A stretch of DNA of 63,779 nucleotides, counting the filler, from Phoronis australis (lineage: Eukaryota; Animalia; Phoronida): NCBI GenBank assembly GCA_002633005.1. It is 7 parts of 7 records of this genome, joined end to end, with 100 filler letters (N's around TTAATTAATTAA, not from the genome) between each part and the next. Parts side by side here need not be neighbours in the genome. Positions count along the whole stretch, not along the records: positions 23,097 to 27,476 come from NMRA01002610.1; positions 27,577 to 33,245 come from NMRA01000561.1; positions 33,346 to 36,051 come from NMRA01003480.1; 4 more parts are not named here. One strand, written 5' to 3'. This document shows positions 23,097-35,704 of the stretch, piece by piece. The translations under genes and the position numbers were made by a program. Each line of letters opens with the position of its first letter. The stretch's first letter is position 1. The notes under the pieces were generated by a model. The model searched no databases. It was not told the DNA's origin and saw only the letters and a program-made list of their open reading frames with translations.

Positions 23097-25869
23097 TGGT
23101 CTGCTACAGGCCCATGACAACAGGCATGCGCTTTAACTTCACTGGTCATACGTAGCAAGTCTACCAGTTTGCTTGAGGAATTTTGTACGTGTTTTAATAT
23201 TTTTTATCTGTTACATTTCCATTGCAAATGGTTAACTTCCAAAGCATTAGTTCTAATGCTTACCAAAGCATTAGAAATCAAATTTTGGTACTAGTGAAAC
23301 ACCGACCGATATGGTATTCTGATGTTTCACATTACAACCAGTATTTCGCGCAGCAGGGTTCTGTTGTTCGACCTGTTGTTTTTTATATTTCTGCAGGTTA
23401 CTGTGACCTGTTATCACCTGCAATAACATTTGAGACCTGGTAAGATTCAAAAGCTTGGTAGAAAGCTCACCATCTTTTCTGTGACAGGATTATATTTACC
23501 TAAGTTATTAAAGTTAGTGGTACATCGCTGAACAATATCTGATTTCACAACAGTGACTTTAAGGTTTTTTAAGGTCTATTAAAATAGCTGTCTAGCTATC
23601 AGACAGGATAGCTAGAATTATTTTGGATTCCCTTTCGAACAGTTCCTCTGCAAATTCAATCAATACAAAGGCCTCTGTCTGTCTACTTGGAAAACAAAAC
23701 TATGTTTTACGAGCTAAAAAGATTTTTCAGTTGGTGGTATACCAGTTACAAAACCCCTCAACATATGCTTTGGGGAAGCTTATATCAAGGTATTCGATAG
23801 CAACATTCCTATCTAGAACAAGACATTCAAAGTTTCTTACAAAATTTTTGGTGTTTACCGGCCGATTAGTTGGCCTGCACAACAGAGGAAGTTCATTTAC
23901 AGCACTGTTAGGCTACACATTTCAACATTACTCCTTGTTTTCCCTGATGTACTTGCTGGCTTGACAATCCAGAGCCCTGGCTGGTCTATACGGAATGAAC
24001 TTGGGACTGCCACAGCCACTGTGAACTAACCTATCTGGCGGATCTACGCTTTCAGTAAGGGGAGATTAGGATTCCCGCAAAGGTCGAATCCTAGGGGCGT
24101 GGCGCCGTGTAAGACATTTTTTGTTTTTGTAGCCAAATACTGAAATTTTCATGCATCCTGGTACGTTTCTGGCACTTAAGATGTCTCTGGAGTTTTTCTT
24201 AACATAATTAACAACCCTTCTCGATTTCGTCACATCAGGAAGAGAGAACCAGGACCTGGTTCTCTCTTCCTGGTCACATGAACTTGGCTCATAAGTTTCG
24301 TGAAACCATTTTGTGCACATCTGGGTATGAGTCACGCCACCAGCAAATTTTTTTGTTGGAACATCCGCTTACACACACCTTTTTAGCATGCGAAAAGTCG
24401 TATACGAAAAAGTGTGGTGTGTATACAGGGGTTTAGACAACTTCCAAATATTCAAGAGCATAAGGAGCACCGACGGGGCGTAAAAACGTGAATATCAGAT
24501 GATCGCGTAACAGCAGCCTCAAGTTGTTTAAGAACGAAGACCTGGCGTGTGTTCAGTAGACGCTAGGACCTACGCTAGGACCTAGCTAAAACCTAGTCAA
24601 AGTCACGTGTCCTCATTTAAAATACACGGCAATTTCTCACGTAATCTCGCGAAGTATTGCTTTTTAGCGAGGTCCTAGCGTTACTGAACGGGAGGCTGTA
24701 CTGTTAGTCCGGAAATAAACATGTGTTCTGTCTCGTTACGAGAAAAACTGGCGAACGATGGTGCTCTCAGCTCATAGTCTATTATTAAAAGCGACAATAA
24801 ATAATTAAGTATCACTTTATAAAGCTGAATCACGTTGACAACAATTGAAAAACGTCAAATGGTTCAGGAAACAAATCATCTGAAAACAGTTTCACGAAAC
24901 CAAAACATCCTGTGCACAGTGGTGAAAACTTGTAAGAGTGTATCTTCAAACGGACTCGCGACCAGACCACGGCGCACACCACAATAGCAATCCTTCGGAA
25001 AAAGATTTTTTTTCAAAAATATTACATGTACATGTACACTGTATGATATTGCGCAAGACAACTTTACTATACATCAGTTACAAACGTGTGGAGTGTAATA
25101 GAATGACACGGCATGACAGATGAGGTAAAAACGTTGCACGTCAATTCGCCTGAATAACAGGGTTGCGGCACCACAGTATTTTCCCTAATCAAATCAAAAC
25201 ATATCTTAGAGTAAAGAAGCTAGTTACCTAAAAAATAAGCTACAGAACTGCTCTTTCACCGGCGCATCCATCTTAAATGCTTGGCTACTTCAGAAGTATC
25301 GACGGAAGCGCGGGCACAATTGATATCCGCACGTTTTGCCGATGAGCCACGAAGACTCAGCAATTCACAACGCAAAAGATTATATTCTCAGAGTGAACCC
25401 CCCTTCCTCAATTTTTTCCAAGTTGGTTTACTTGGGGTTTACACACGCTAGCGGTGCCGTTTTTGTTTTGCTGGAGACGTTTTTGGTTTTTTTTTATTTT
25501 TGGGTCCTGGCCCAAGGGGGGTTAAACCCCCTGAACCCCCCCGCCCTTAGATCCGCTACTGCCTAGTTACCTCTAATTTTACCACTACAGCACTGGTCTC
25601 CGCCGACAGTTCAACACAACTTGAGTAACGGTATGGTAATCAAACATACCGAGTGATTGCCTCTGTGGGGTAGCAGGGGGATCAGGTGACCCCCCGGGGG
25701 CCTGCCGAAGATGCCAATCAGGTGTTGTCCAAAGGGGAGGACACCAGGCATCAGTTAATTGGGAGTTTACCAAGCTACCGACCAGTGGGGTGGGGGTGCC
25801 ACTTGAGGTGTCGAGGGGGGTCAATGAGGAGCTCGATACGCCACTGGACTGACTTTTGTCATGTCAAGT

Positions 25870-26810
25870 GTTCAGAGTACAAACATTTTCTGCTTGGGGG
25901 AAAACCGGCACCAGATTCTCTTCGGTGAAACATCGCATATGATTTGACTCCATTACTGGTCGCGAAAGTCCTGCGCAGTCACAAATTTACCTACCCTGGC
26001 TAGTAGAAGCTCATCCTCTGACACTAGCCTTGATTTATGAGGCACTTTACAGCATCTCAGATGTTCTGAAGTGTCTTTAGCATGATTGACCGAAGCCACA
26101 AATCTCACCTTTTCACTGAAAACTCCCTAAACTAACAGGAAGAACCTTCGTTACCCATTTTGTCTTTTTAAAGCGCATGATACCCTCGACCAGTCTTTAC
26201 AAACAACAATTCTTACCAGGAAATTAATTTGCATTTAAAAACTTAAAAGAGTGCTTAAATTAATTTCGGCTGTTAATGGAAAACAAGGGATTTACATGTA
26301 CAAGGTTTTAATATATCCTCAAACCTAATGTCGATTGACTCCCTTGGCAAGGGTCATCGGGTTCAGATTTGATACTGACAGCGCAATACATCCGGAAAAC
26401 AACTTGTTTTCATTCGATAGAGCTTAGGATTGGTTCTTAATTCAATGCAGAATTATTGTTCAAATTTTCGTTCAAATGGTCTGTAAACTCTTTTCCCCAT
26501 TTCCGAAATAAACAGTTTTACACGACAATTTTCATTAAAATGTAAAGTTGAGGCACGACATTTTTGCTCAGTCATCATAATGAACTCTGTATCTGTATGT
26601 TCAAAAAGTTACATTAAGCTAAAAGGCGGTAAGAGGGTCACAAAAACAGCCATTAAAATTAGGTAGGAAAAGTGGTATGCGAATTATCTCCCCTTCGTAG
26701 CACAAACTGTCAAATTTGAATAAATGTCAAATAATTATGCACAGTATACATTGGTTATTCCAGCGACCAAATTACAACTTTTAATCTAGTTTGTAAGCTA
26801 CTGTCATCTT
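25870..26810 (-). repeat. Diverged ~0.9-kb repeat homologous to ~30270-31190
   Basis: CATCTCAGATGTTCTGAAGTGTCTTTAG and CAGTATACATTGGTTATTCCAGC are reverse complements of blocks at ~30990-31015 and ~30295-30317. Block order is collinear. Confidence 0.8.
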
Positions 26811-27576
26811 TTCAAATTTAAAAGAGGCATTAAATTAAGGTCGCATTACGATTTACGCAGATACGATTAGAAATTTCTTGATCCATGATGGCATTTTTTC
26901 GAGTTTTACAGAACTTTCTACCAGATATTTGTTCCTCTCCCAGTTGCTTTTGGTCTCCAACCAACAATTACCTCTTTTACTTATAAATGCTGGTTCAGTC
27001 TCCCCGAATCTCAGCAGAAAAAGATTTAATTTTTCTTAAAAAGATTGAGAGATCAAGGTTCTTGTTTTGCCAAAATGTGTAAAATGAGACACTGTAATCA
27101 TTTGCTATGTCATCCGTTTTTCAAGCCACCCAAGTCACTGAAAAACATATAAGTGGTAACACGTAGTGAAGGTGTGACAACAATGCTTCATATAGTAGGT
27201 CACAGGTTGCTGACCACTTAAAAATGCTGTCTCTCTCAGCGAAAAACAGCACAGCGAGTCAGAGCAAAAATAACACCATGATTCCAGCAGAACAGCAACC
27301 TGACATATATTCCTTTAGGTCTCTCCTTATTTAAACTCCAGAACACTTACGGAAATCTTTGATATGAATACTTTTTGCTTCAGAAATTTTTCAAAAATTA
27401 GGGATTTTTTTACAAACATGGGGCACTAACACAAAAACAATAAGTTCATTAAATTAGCATTTTGTTGTTTTTTTTTNNNNNNNNNNNNNNNNNNNNNNNN
27501 NNNNNNNNNNNNNNNNNNNNTTAATTAATTAANNNNNNNNNNNNNNNNNNNNNNNNNNNNNNNNNNNNNNNNNNNN

Positions 27577-29350
27577 GGTGGACGTTTGTCGCTGTCAGCC
27601 ATATGTTTACAGAAGAGGTACCATCTCAGCTCTGGGATGCTATTTGTGTCTATACCCTGTGGTGAGTATGCACATGTAAAAGGGGCTAATGTGAAAAGAG
27701 GTTCACCTGTTACTTCATAAGCAGTGCAAAAAGTCTGCTGTGCATTGATATCATCGGTGTTTGCCTTCAAAATATACATTAAACCTACAGAATGGATCAG
27801 AGTTGTCTATCCATGTAAAGGCATGGAAGGCAGGAAGAGCTATTTGCCCGGACAGTACCTAATATTGTCCATATTGGATTCACGTCCACAATCCCATATG
27901 CCATGGGGACTGATTCTGAGAAGCCTGTCATAATAGGTAATGACGAGTATGTCAGGTGAAAAGAAAACATCAGCTGAGAATCAACGACCTTTTGATGTGA
28001 TGCCAGAACTGCATGATGTACAGTGTATTAGTAATACATATGCTTTTTCGTGATCGTTTTCTTCTAAGCGTAGATCACGTTGGTTGCTCTTTGTGCATCC
28101 TGAAGCTAACGTAATGGCTATCTTGGCAGAGTCTTTATTATATTCAAGTGTCTTTGCAGACAGATATTCAGTAAGTTGAGCCTTTCTTGGTCATGGGAGA
28201 GGAAACGGCTCATTGGAATGTTTTTTATGTAAATCTCATCTCTTATCTGGTACAGACTGCACTTGACCCTTTCTCTGTCTCCTTTTTTCTCTGGTGGCCT
28301 GTTTCAGAGAGTTGTCTTTGTGAGTGTCAAAAACCAGAATGCTATTGTCATAATCTCTACTAGAAAATCACTTCCATACTATCCACGCCTGCAGTTTTGT
28401 GGATTGGGCGAACACACTCATTGGATGTTGTTTACATGTTTTCTGGGTCTAAAACCTCTCTTGCAGCTTGAGGACTGTCCTGTTCTAAGAGGTCTGCTTC
28501 GGAAAGTTTCTGCAGAAGGTGGATTCGATTCGATTTGTCTGTGCATGACAGCATTGCCCCACTGGCAGCAAAGATTGCTCTTGGTAATAGGGTGAATTCA
28601 TAATGGATGGTAGCATGTTTCTGGTCGGTTTGCCCAGCAGGCTACAACTCCTGTTGTTCTCGTCATTGATCCTCAGCCTGGTTACTGCCAAGCTTATCTG
28701 CCATCCGACTTCAAAGGCAAAATGCATTTCCGTTGAGTAGAGGAGAACTGGATTACAAATTGAACAGTGGAAGTAATAACGAAATCTTCAAATATATGTC
28801 TCAAATATCTTTTCAAAAAGATATAGATATACACTGTAAATATACATGTAGGTTAATGTGCGTTTCTGTGATTCCTTTAAAAGTTCTGGGAAATCGTATC
28901 TGCTATTAAATCATTTAGATTATACGTATCATTTTAGAAATAGTGTTTTTTAATTCCATACCCCACAAAATGTGGGTACAGCCATTAAAACTAACATTCT
29001 AAGTGACCCAAGAGCAGAAATACTGAGCAAAATGTATTTTACGGGCGCCATTTCTAAAATTTCAAGATGACCGCCAATAAATTAAAATTTCCAATTCATT
29101 GACTTCAGAACTGCAGGTGTAGCCATAAAACCTAACATTCTCAGTGACCCAAGGGCAGATATATTGGGCAAAATCCATTATACCGGCGCCATTATTGAAA
29201 ATCCAAGATGGTCGCCAAGATGGCCACCGAAAAAATGGAATCAATTATTTTCTGATTTGTCATTCCATGAGGTTTCCAAAAATGTATATTTTCCACTTTC
29301 CCAAAAAAATTCCAACGAATGTCAAAATTTGGACATAGTGAACCTGACTA
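27577..29350 (-). mobile_element. Second Academ element (internally deleted, truncated by contig end)
   Basis: Minus-strand terminus TAGTCAGGTTCACTATG at 29350 and subterminal tandem repeats at ~28980-29230. Remnants ALPAFHAFT (XPG-like) and SIPELRWYLFCKHMADSDKRP, typical of the Academ C-terminal region. Confidence 0.75.
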
Positions 29351-31359
29351 TTTACAATACTCTGCAATATAGTCTTGCGAAATCTTACTTTACTAGCAAT
29401 GGAGTCTTAGCGTTATTGACCTCTACCCGGGATTTTCCTAGCGTGAACAAGCAAAATGGAGGCCACTGAATGATTGGTTGGCAAGGCCGGAATTTTGAAG
29501 TATGATATAATGTTCACAAGCAGTTCCCGTTCCCTGCGTGAATATTTCTCGCCACAAGTCTCGCAATTGCGGAACGCACACCTCTCCAGCCTTCATTACC
29601 GGAGGGTTTGTGACTATATAGCAAGTACTCTTCATGTTCATCGTGGCCGTAGGATTAAGTGGTGTTTTAATTTAATTTGCTTGACAGCTAAACAAATGGA
29701 AATGTAAGTTTAAATATAATAACTTTTATGCAATAAAAAGCCACTTGGATTCTTATCTCTTTAGGCGTCATGGTGCTTAACTGTTACTGCTCAGCGGTAC
29801 TCCACCTGTCATGATTCGTTATGACTTATACTGGGATCAGTTCCGTAGAAAAAGCTCTAATGTGGGCTCCGCTTGTAATACTTGGTCTCCGTGAACTCTC
29901 GTCAATCACACAACTTGGTGTGACACTGAGGTAAGTTGCCGGAGGTAGATAAAAGTTGTGTGGACTGCGAGGAGTGTAAATTGTTTCTATCATTACAATA
30001 AAAATTCCCAGGGCCTCCAGGTCCAAGAGACCCTTTAAGGTTGATTATTGAAAATCTCCTTAAAAGAGGAAGTCTATATAAAAACTAGTAGATTTTCAAA
30101 AATAAGTCTATACGTCAAAATTCAAACAACTGCTAACAAAAATCCAAATGCCACATTTTGTGCACTCAATGACTACTAATTTCCTCGCTTGAACACTAGA
30201 CAGCCACTGGTCATATTAGCTGGCTCCAAAATTTATGTTTTCAGCAATGAATATAAGTAACTTACAAAATAGATTGAAAGTTGTACTTTGGTGGCTGGAA
30301 TAACCAATGTATACTGTAAATAATTGTTTGGCATTTACTCAAAAATTGACGGTTTGTGCTAGACAGGGGAGGTAATCCACAGACCACTTTTCCTAGCTAA
30401 TTTTAGTGGCCATGCTTGTAACCATCTTACTGTCATATTGCACTTTGTAGCTTTATGTAACTTTTTGGACATACAGCTAAAGAGTAAATCTCGATGAGCG
30501 ACCAAAAATATTTTGCCTCAAAGTTAGATTTAGTGATAATTGTCTGCAAAACTGTCGATCTTGGAAATGATGAGCATAGTTTACAGTCAAATTGAACTAA
30601 ATTTTGAAAAAGACATCTGCTTTAATCTGTAATGAAAGTCAAGTCTAAGGTCTTTCAAATGAAAGCAAGTTGTTTTCTCGGATGTGTTAAAAGATCACTA
30701 TCAAAACTGAACTCGATGACCTTTGTCCAGTGAGTCATTAGACATTAGGTTTGAGGATATATAAATCTTGTACATGTAATTATCTTGTTTTCTTCCATTA
30801 TCATTAATTTGACAGGTCAATGAAATGGAAATAAATCTATTTGAAGATTGAATTTGTAAGAATTGTAATTTGTTGAGACTGCTTTTGAGACTATCATGTT
30901 TTTAAAGACAGAATGAAGAGCGAAGGTCATTTTTGTTAGTTTCATCAAACTAGTGCGATTACAAAAGCTTTGTGGCTTTAGTCAGTCTAAAGACACTTCA
31001 GAACATCTGAGATGCAGTAAAGTACCGCATTAAACAAGGTCAGTGGCAGAGTATGAGCTCGTACTAGCCAGGATAGGTAAATGTGTGACAGAGAAGGACC
31101 AGTCCGCGTAGAGTCAAATCATGTACGATGTTCACCGAAGAGAATTTGGTCCCGGTTCTCTCCCAAGCAGAAAGTGTCTGTACCCTGAACACCCAAGACC
31201 CTCCAGAAAAAAAATCTGGACGATGTATTGACTTCAACATTCCACGGTGAATAATGGCTCAGTTCGGCCATGGCACAGAGTTAGTACCATCCGGAACCCT
31301 TCGGCTTCAAGACCCCCCCCCCATGGCTACCAACTCCGCCACCCCCGTGCTCCCCAAGC

Positions 31360-32342
31360 CACCATATTTGTACCGAATCTCCCACGTCCGCCCTAGGTGG
31401 GCGACAATCCCTGGGATGCAGCCATCAAGAGTTGAGTAACCGTGAACCAACATGGAGAGTAAGAATAGGCCTAGGACCAGTAAACTAATCGGTAGCGAAG
31501 AGCTGCCTCAAGTAGCTAGCTGAGATCTAACAGTGTGAAAATATGAAATTCCCGATGAACTAAAGTTAGTTGCTGGTAAGCTTATCTATGATTCCCTTGA
31601 GACAGGCAGCTCCTGCTGGCCCTCCGCACTGGCTCTAAGGTCAAGATACGTTTTACTGTGATCCAGCATCGGGAAAACTTTATTTCATTATGGTCATTCT
31701 TTGAAGGTGAGGTAACGAGGTTCCTGGTATAGTGCCTTTGGGGCTGTTTCAAAATTCATCGTTGAAACACAACCGGCAGTCCAGTTTCTGGTGGTTGGGG
31801 AATATGATACACAGTGTTTCTCGAGAATATACACACTTCAACTCCTGAAGTTCCCGTGGATCCCTGAGATTCTACGCGGACCTACTGCATGGTTATATCT
31901 TATTTTTAACGTGGGTGCGTCGGTCATGACCTGCACGGGAATCAGGCAAGCAAACAATTCAGTTTTGAAGAACAAAAATCTATTGCTCAATACTACGAGA
32001 AAATAAAAACACCATGGAAGTACAAACACAACCTTTTCAAGCAATGAGTTTAATTTTATCTATTTAAGGACTTTTGAAACTTTTTTCGATATTCGGTTTG
32101 TGAGTCTGAATTTCATCAATGTCTTTAAGAGTTATTTTAGATAGGTAAAAATCTTCTAAATGTACTTTACTATTTTCCAACTTCAGGCTGCAATTAAATT
32201 CACTGAAATATCATCATTTCTTAGAAGATTAGCTTCTAACTGTCAAAAATCATCTATGAATCTATCGATTTTCGTAGATACATAAACAAGTAAAATAACA
32301 ACCAACGAATTTGTTTATCAAAACGAAATGTAATAAGCAATT
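31360..32342 (+). repeat. ~1-kb diverged repeat homologous to 56087-57595
   Basis: Collinear shared blocks CACCATATTTGTACCGA, TTGAGTAACCGTGAACCAA, TTGAGACAGGCAGCT, TAAGGTCAAGAT, GATTAGCTTCTAA and ACCAACGAATTTGTT. Confidence 0.85.
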
Positions 32343-33716
32343 TCCTTCTCAAAAATTCGAGCCCCCTATATGTTAGGCTGGGTGCGCGCATGGTAACCAT
32401 CTTCAAAAGAGATACTATTCTTGTGATACTATGGGAAACAGTAACATTATTTTATAACTAACCATCGGAAATAATCTTTTTGTGTAATTCACAAATAGTG
32501 GTATTCCCCTTCGATGGCTGTCAATCCTTTTGCATTTTGTCCACATTTGGTTGTTTGGGTCAAATGTCTCGATACTGCTGTGCTGGGCACAATTTTTTTG
32601 TATTTTTTTTTGATGAATTTGGAATCTCAAATTCCCTCGCGGCAGTGTCGGATTTAAATGTATAGAGGGACAAAGGGACATTTCCTCCGAACTGCTCCAC
32701 CGAGAGAGGGTCCCGTCTGAAATGGGACACCTTAAGATGAAAGGCTAAACATCATTAAGCTTGAAGAAAAGTGACAGTTCATTCCACCGTCGTTGGTCAC
32801 AAGACGGTGCAAGAAGTGACCTTTTTCAACATTAAAGCCGGTTGCACGATTTCACAAAAAACAGGCAAATACAGGTAATAGATTCCAAAATTGGTCCCCC
32901 TCTTTCCGTGAGCGGCTCCTTAAGAATTTGTCAATAAAAACACAACAAGGGTGGCCACTTGAGTGTCATCAATGACCTCCTTCAAGGGCGGGGCCCCTAA
33001 ATATGAAAATATCTATATTTTCAAAAATCAGGAAATGCGCAGCAATTGATGTTATTTGTCAGGTCATCAATTTTTCTCAAATGATATACAATTTCGAGAA
33101 AAAGCATAAAGCGAAAGTTGTCTCCGTTATCCCTTGCCAGAGAGGGGCCTCTGGAAAAATATAGTTTTACTTTAGCAAAATCCAGAAAATTAGTACGCTC
33201 CGCAAAAGCTTCGCTTTACGGATTTCCTCGATTTTTCGAAATATANNNNNNNNNNNNNNNNNNNNNNNNNNNNNNNNNNNNNNNNNNNNTTAATTAATTA
33301 ANNNNNNNNNNNNNNNNNNNNNNNNNNNNNNNNNNNNNNNNNNNNCATTAATGATAAAGAAATGTGAGTGTGTGGATTCAGAAACTAGCAAGATTGGTAT
33401 CAAAGTGATAGAATCGGGGAGCCAAAACCAACGGACAAATGTGAATCATTATGCAGCCTGGTATGCTGGGCACTTTTAATCAAGCGTTGAACTCATCTTA
33501 ATCCAATGTTAATGACGTCATAGTTAGGAATGGCATCTCTATTCTACAAATCCTGGTCTTCCTCTCAGGTTCATTGAAGCTGCATTTTCTCCTGGTTGGC
33601 TGGCTAAGTAATGAAAATGGAATAAGGCTTTTAGTAGGTCATTTGTAGTTTCCGTGCGATTGTGTTGCTTTGGCTGTGATTGACCCATTGTTGTTGTCAC
33701 ATTTGTCCTCCGACAG

Positions 33717-33864
33717 GTGACATCTCCAAGCTGATTCTCGGCATGAGGTTACTGAACCAGGCTGACTCGTGTGTTCAGGTGTTGGTTCAGGAGACTGGCG
33801 AACATGTCATCATCGCCGCTGGGGAGGTGCACCTCCAGAGGTGCTGTAAGGACCTGCAGGAGAG
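33717..33864 (+). CDS. EFL1: Elongation factor-like GTPase 1 (EFL1/EFTUD1/Ria1), internal exon (EF-2 domain III)
   Basis: A 148-nt exon, cgacag|GTG...GAGAG|gtatgc, encodes [49 protein letters not shown]. This is the EFL1 signature G(M/L)xLLNQADxCV..[16 protein letters not shown]. Confidence 0.92.
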
Positions 33865-34138
33865 GTATGCTGTTACGAAGAGTGCAAATGTGACTGCTTC
33901 AAAGTGGAAAACCTATTTGTTTAGAGTTGTCTTGATTGAAAATACAATATCTTGCTTTGGCCAAAAAGCCAAATTGGTTCTGGTCTCTGGATTTTTTGAA
34001 AATTGAAGCAGTGATGAACTTTCGAGAACAAAGTCACCTAATGCCAGCTGAAATGGGTCGGAATACATCTTATTATTTTAGCTTTCGACACTTGTTCTTA
34101 TTTTCAAGTAATGTCATGAAAGAGGTGATTGTCACTGA

Positions 34139-35061
34139 GGGCTGTTCCAGTAAAATCCGTGTGGGAGGGGGGGACGGCAGTAGAAATAAAAATTCATGGG
34201 TGGTGGTATTCAGAAAAAAACTCAAATTATGGGTGGTGGTTCCTGTAAGAAGTGATGCATTAAAAATGGGTGGTATTTTTTGATCTGTTAATGTTGACAG
34301 GTTAGTTCAGCCATCAAAACTCAAAAAATGCAATTGGTATATACCTTAACTTATCCCAATTCAAAAAAAATCCCATATTGCCAGTGAACAGAGTGCAATA
34401 TGTTCACTAAGCCGTTAATCAAGTCATGGGCAACTTGATTTGAACCAACTGTTTGTCAGCAGTCCTATTGAATTGAAAAGTTATGCAACACTAAACTGGT
34501 GTTAACACATATAAGAAAATTGATGATTTTTAAGTAAAAAGTATGAGGAGTAAGATAAACAAGTTCCAATATGCAGTCCTATTGAATTGAAAAGTTATGC
34601 AACACTAAACTGGTGTTAACACATATAAGAAAATTGATGATTTTTAAGTAAAAAGTATGAGGAGTAAGATAAACAAGTTCCAATATTCACTTGACATAGA
34701 AGTATAAAAGAGTTCGTGGAGACAGTTTGAGATTCATAAATCCTTATAATTGAAAAAATGTTCATTGAAATTATAGACACATGGTGAACAGAGACACCTG
34801 GTGGCTGTCAAAAGTATTGCTCACAGGCTACTTTAGTTTTTGACAATATTGGACAAGACAACTAGTTCTTGTCTGTCAATCATCTAAGTTCTTAACATTT
34901 CCTCCTGGAGGCAATTTGTTTGCAAGTGTTGTATTTTAACCTATTAAAAATAAATAAAAAATTATGGGTCATGGGTTGGAGAAATAAATGAAAAATATGG
35001 GCGGTGGGTACGAAATAAAAGTGCCTTCCCCCCTCCCATACAGATTTTGCTGGAACAGCCC
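34139..35061. mobile_element. MITE/non-autonomous TIR element in the EFL1 intron
   Basis: ~30-bp TIRs GGGCTGTTCCAGTAAAATCCGTGTGGGAGGGG and CCCCTCCCATACAGATTTTGCTGGAACAGCCC, with TGA/TCA flanks. Contains a perfect 114-bp tandem duplication (34459-34572 / 34573-34686). Confidence 0.8.
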
Positions 35062-35514
35062 TCACAGGTCATCTAAGTGATTGTTGAAAGCAATGCTATC
35101 AATTAATGGCAGCCTTAAATGTTGTTGTTTAGAACTCTTGCACAATTGGCATATTTTCTAATTACAAATTTAACTTGAAGTTTGCGATTTCATCTTGACC
35201 TAATGAGTACTGCATGTATCTTTGAAGCCACATTGGTGTTATGGTTAAGGAATAGCAGCCACCAACTTTAAACCAGACTAAGTCAACTTCGTGGCAATGA
35301 GTCTGGTCACAAAACCAGATATCTAAACTCGACTATGTCTGACTGTATAAGTGTGTAAAATGAAGAACGCTAACTGACCATATTGTAATTCGTTTAAATT
35401 GATTGTCATTACTTTTTGACAGATTACAAAGTATGACAATGTCCTCATCGTCCTTGAAACTCCCCCTCTTTAGTTATTGTGACTTCACAATGTCAGCTGA
35501 TTGGTTGATTACAG

Positions 35515-35704
35515 ACCTTCAGATCAAGCTCTGATAGCTGTGGCTTCCAACAACATTGTCACCTTGAACAAGGACCAGAACGTCTTTGATTCTAAGAAGA
35601 AGATTAAAGTGGCTACAGCAGACAACTTGAAACAGAAACTGACTTGTCAGCAGAGGGAGCTGATTGCGATCAACCAGGGACTTTTGTATTTATATACCAA
35701 CCAG
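35515..35704 (+). CDS. Candidate exon of unknown identity, in phase with the EFL1 exon
   Basis: tacag|A...AACCAG|gtgggt, 190 nt open with a phase-2 start. Encodes PSDQALIAVASNNIVTLNKDQNVFDSKKKIKVATADNLKQKLTCQQRELIAINQGLLYLYTNQ. Confidence 0.4.
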
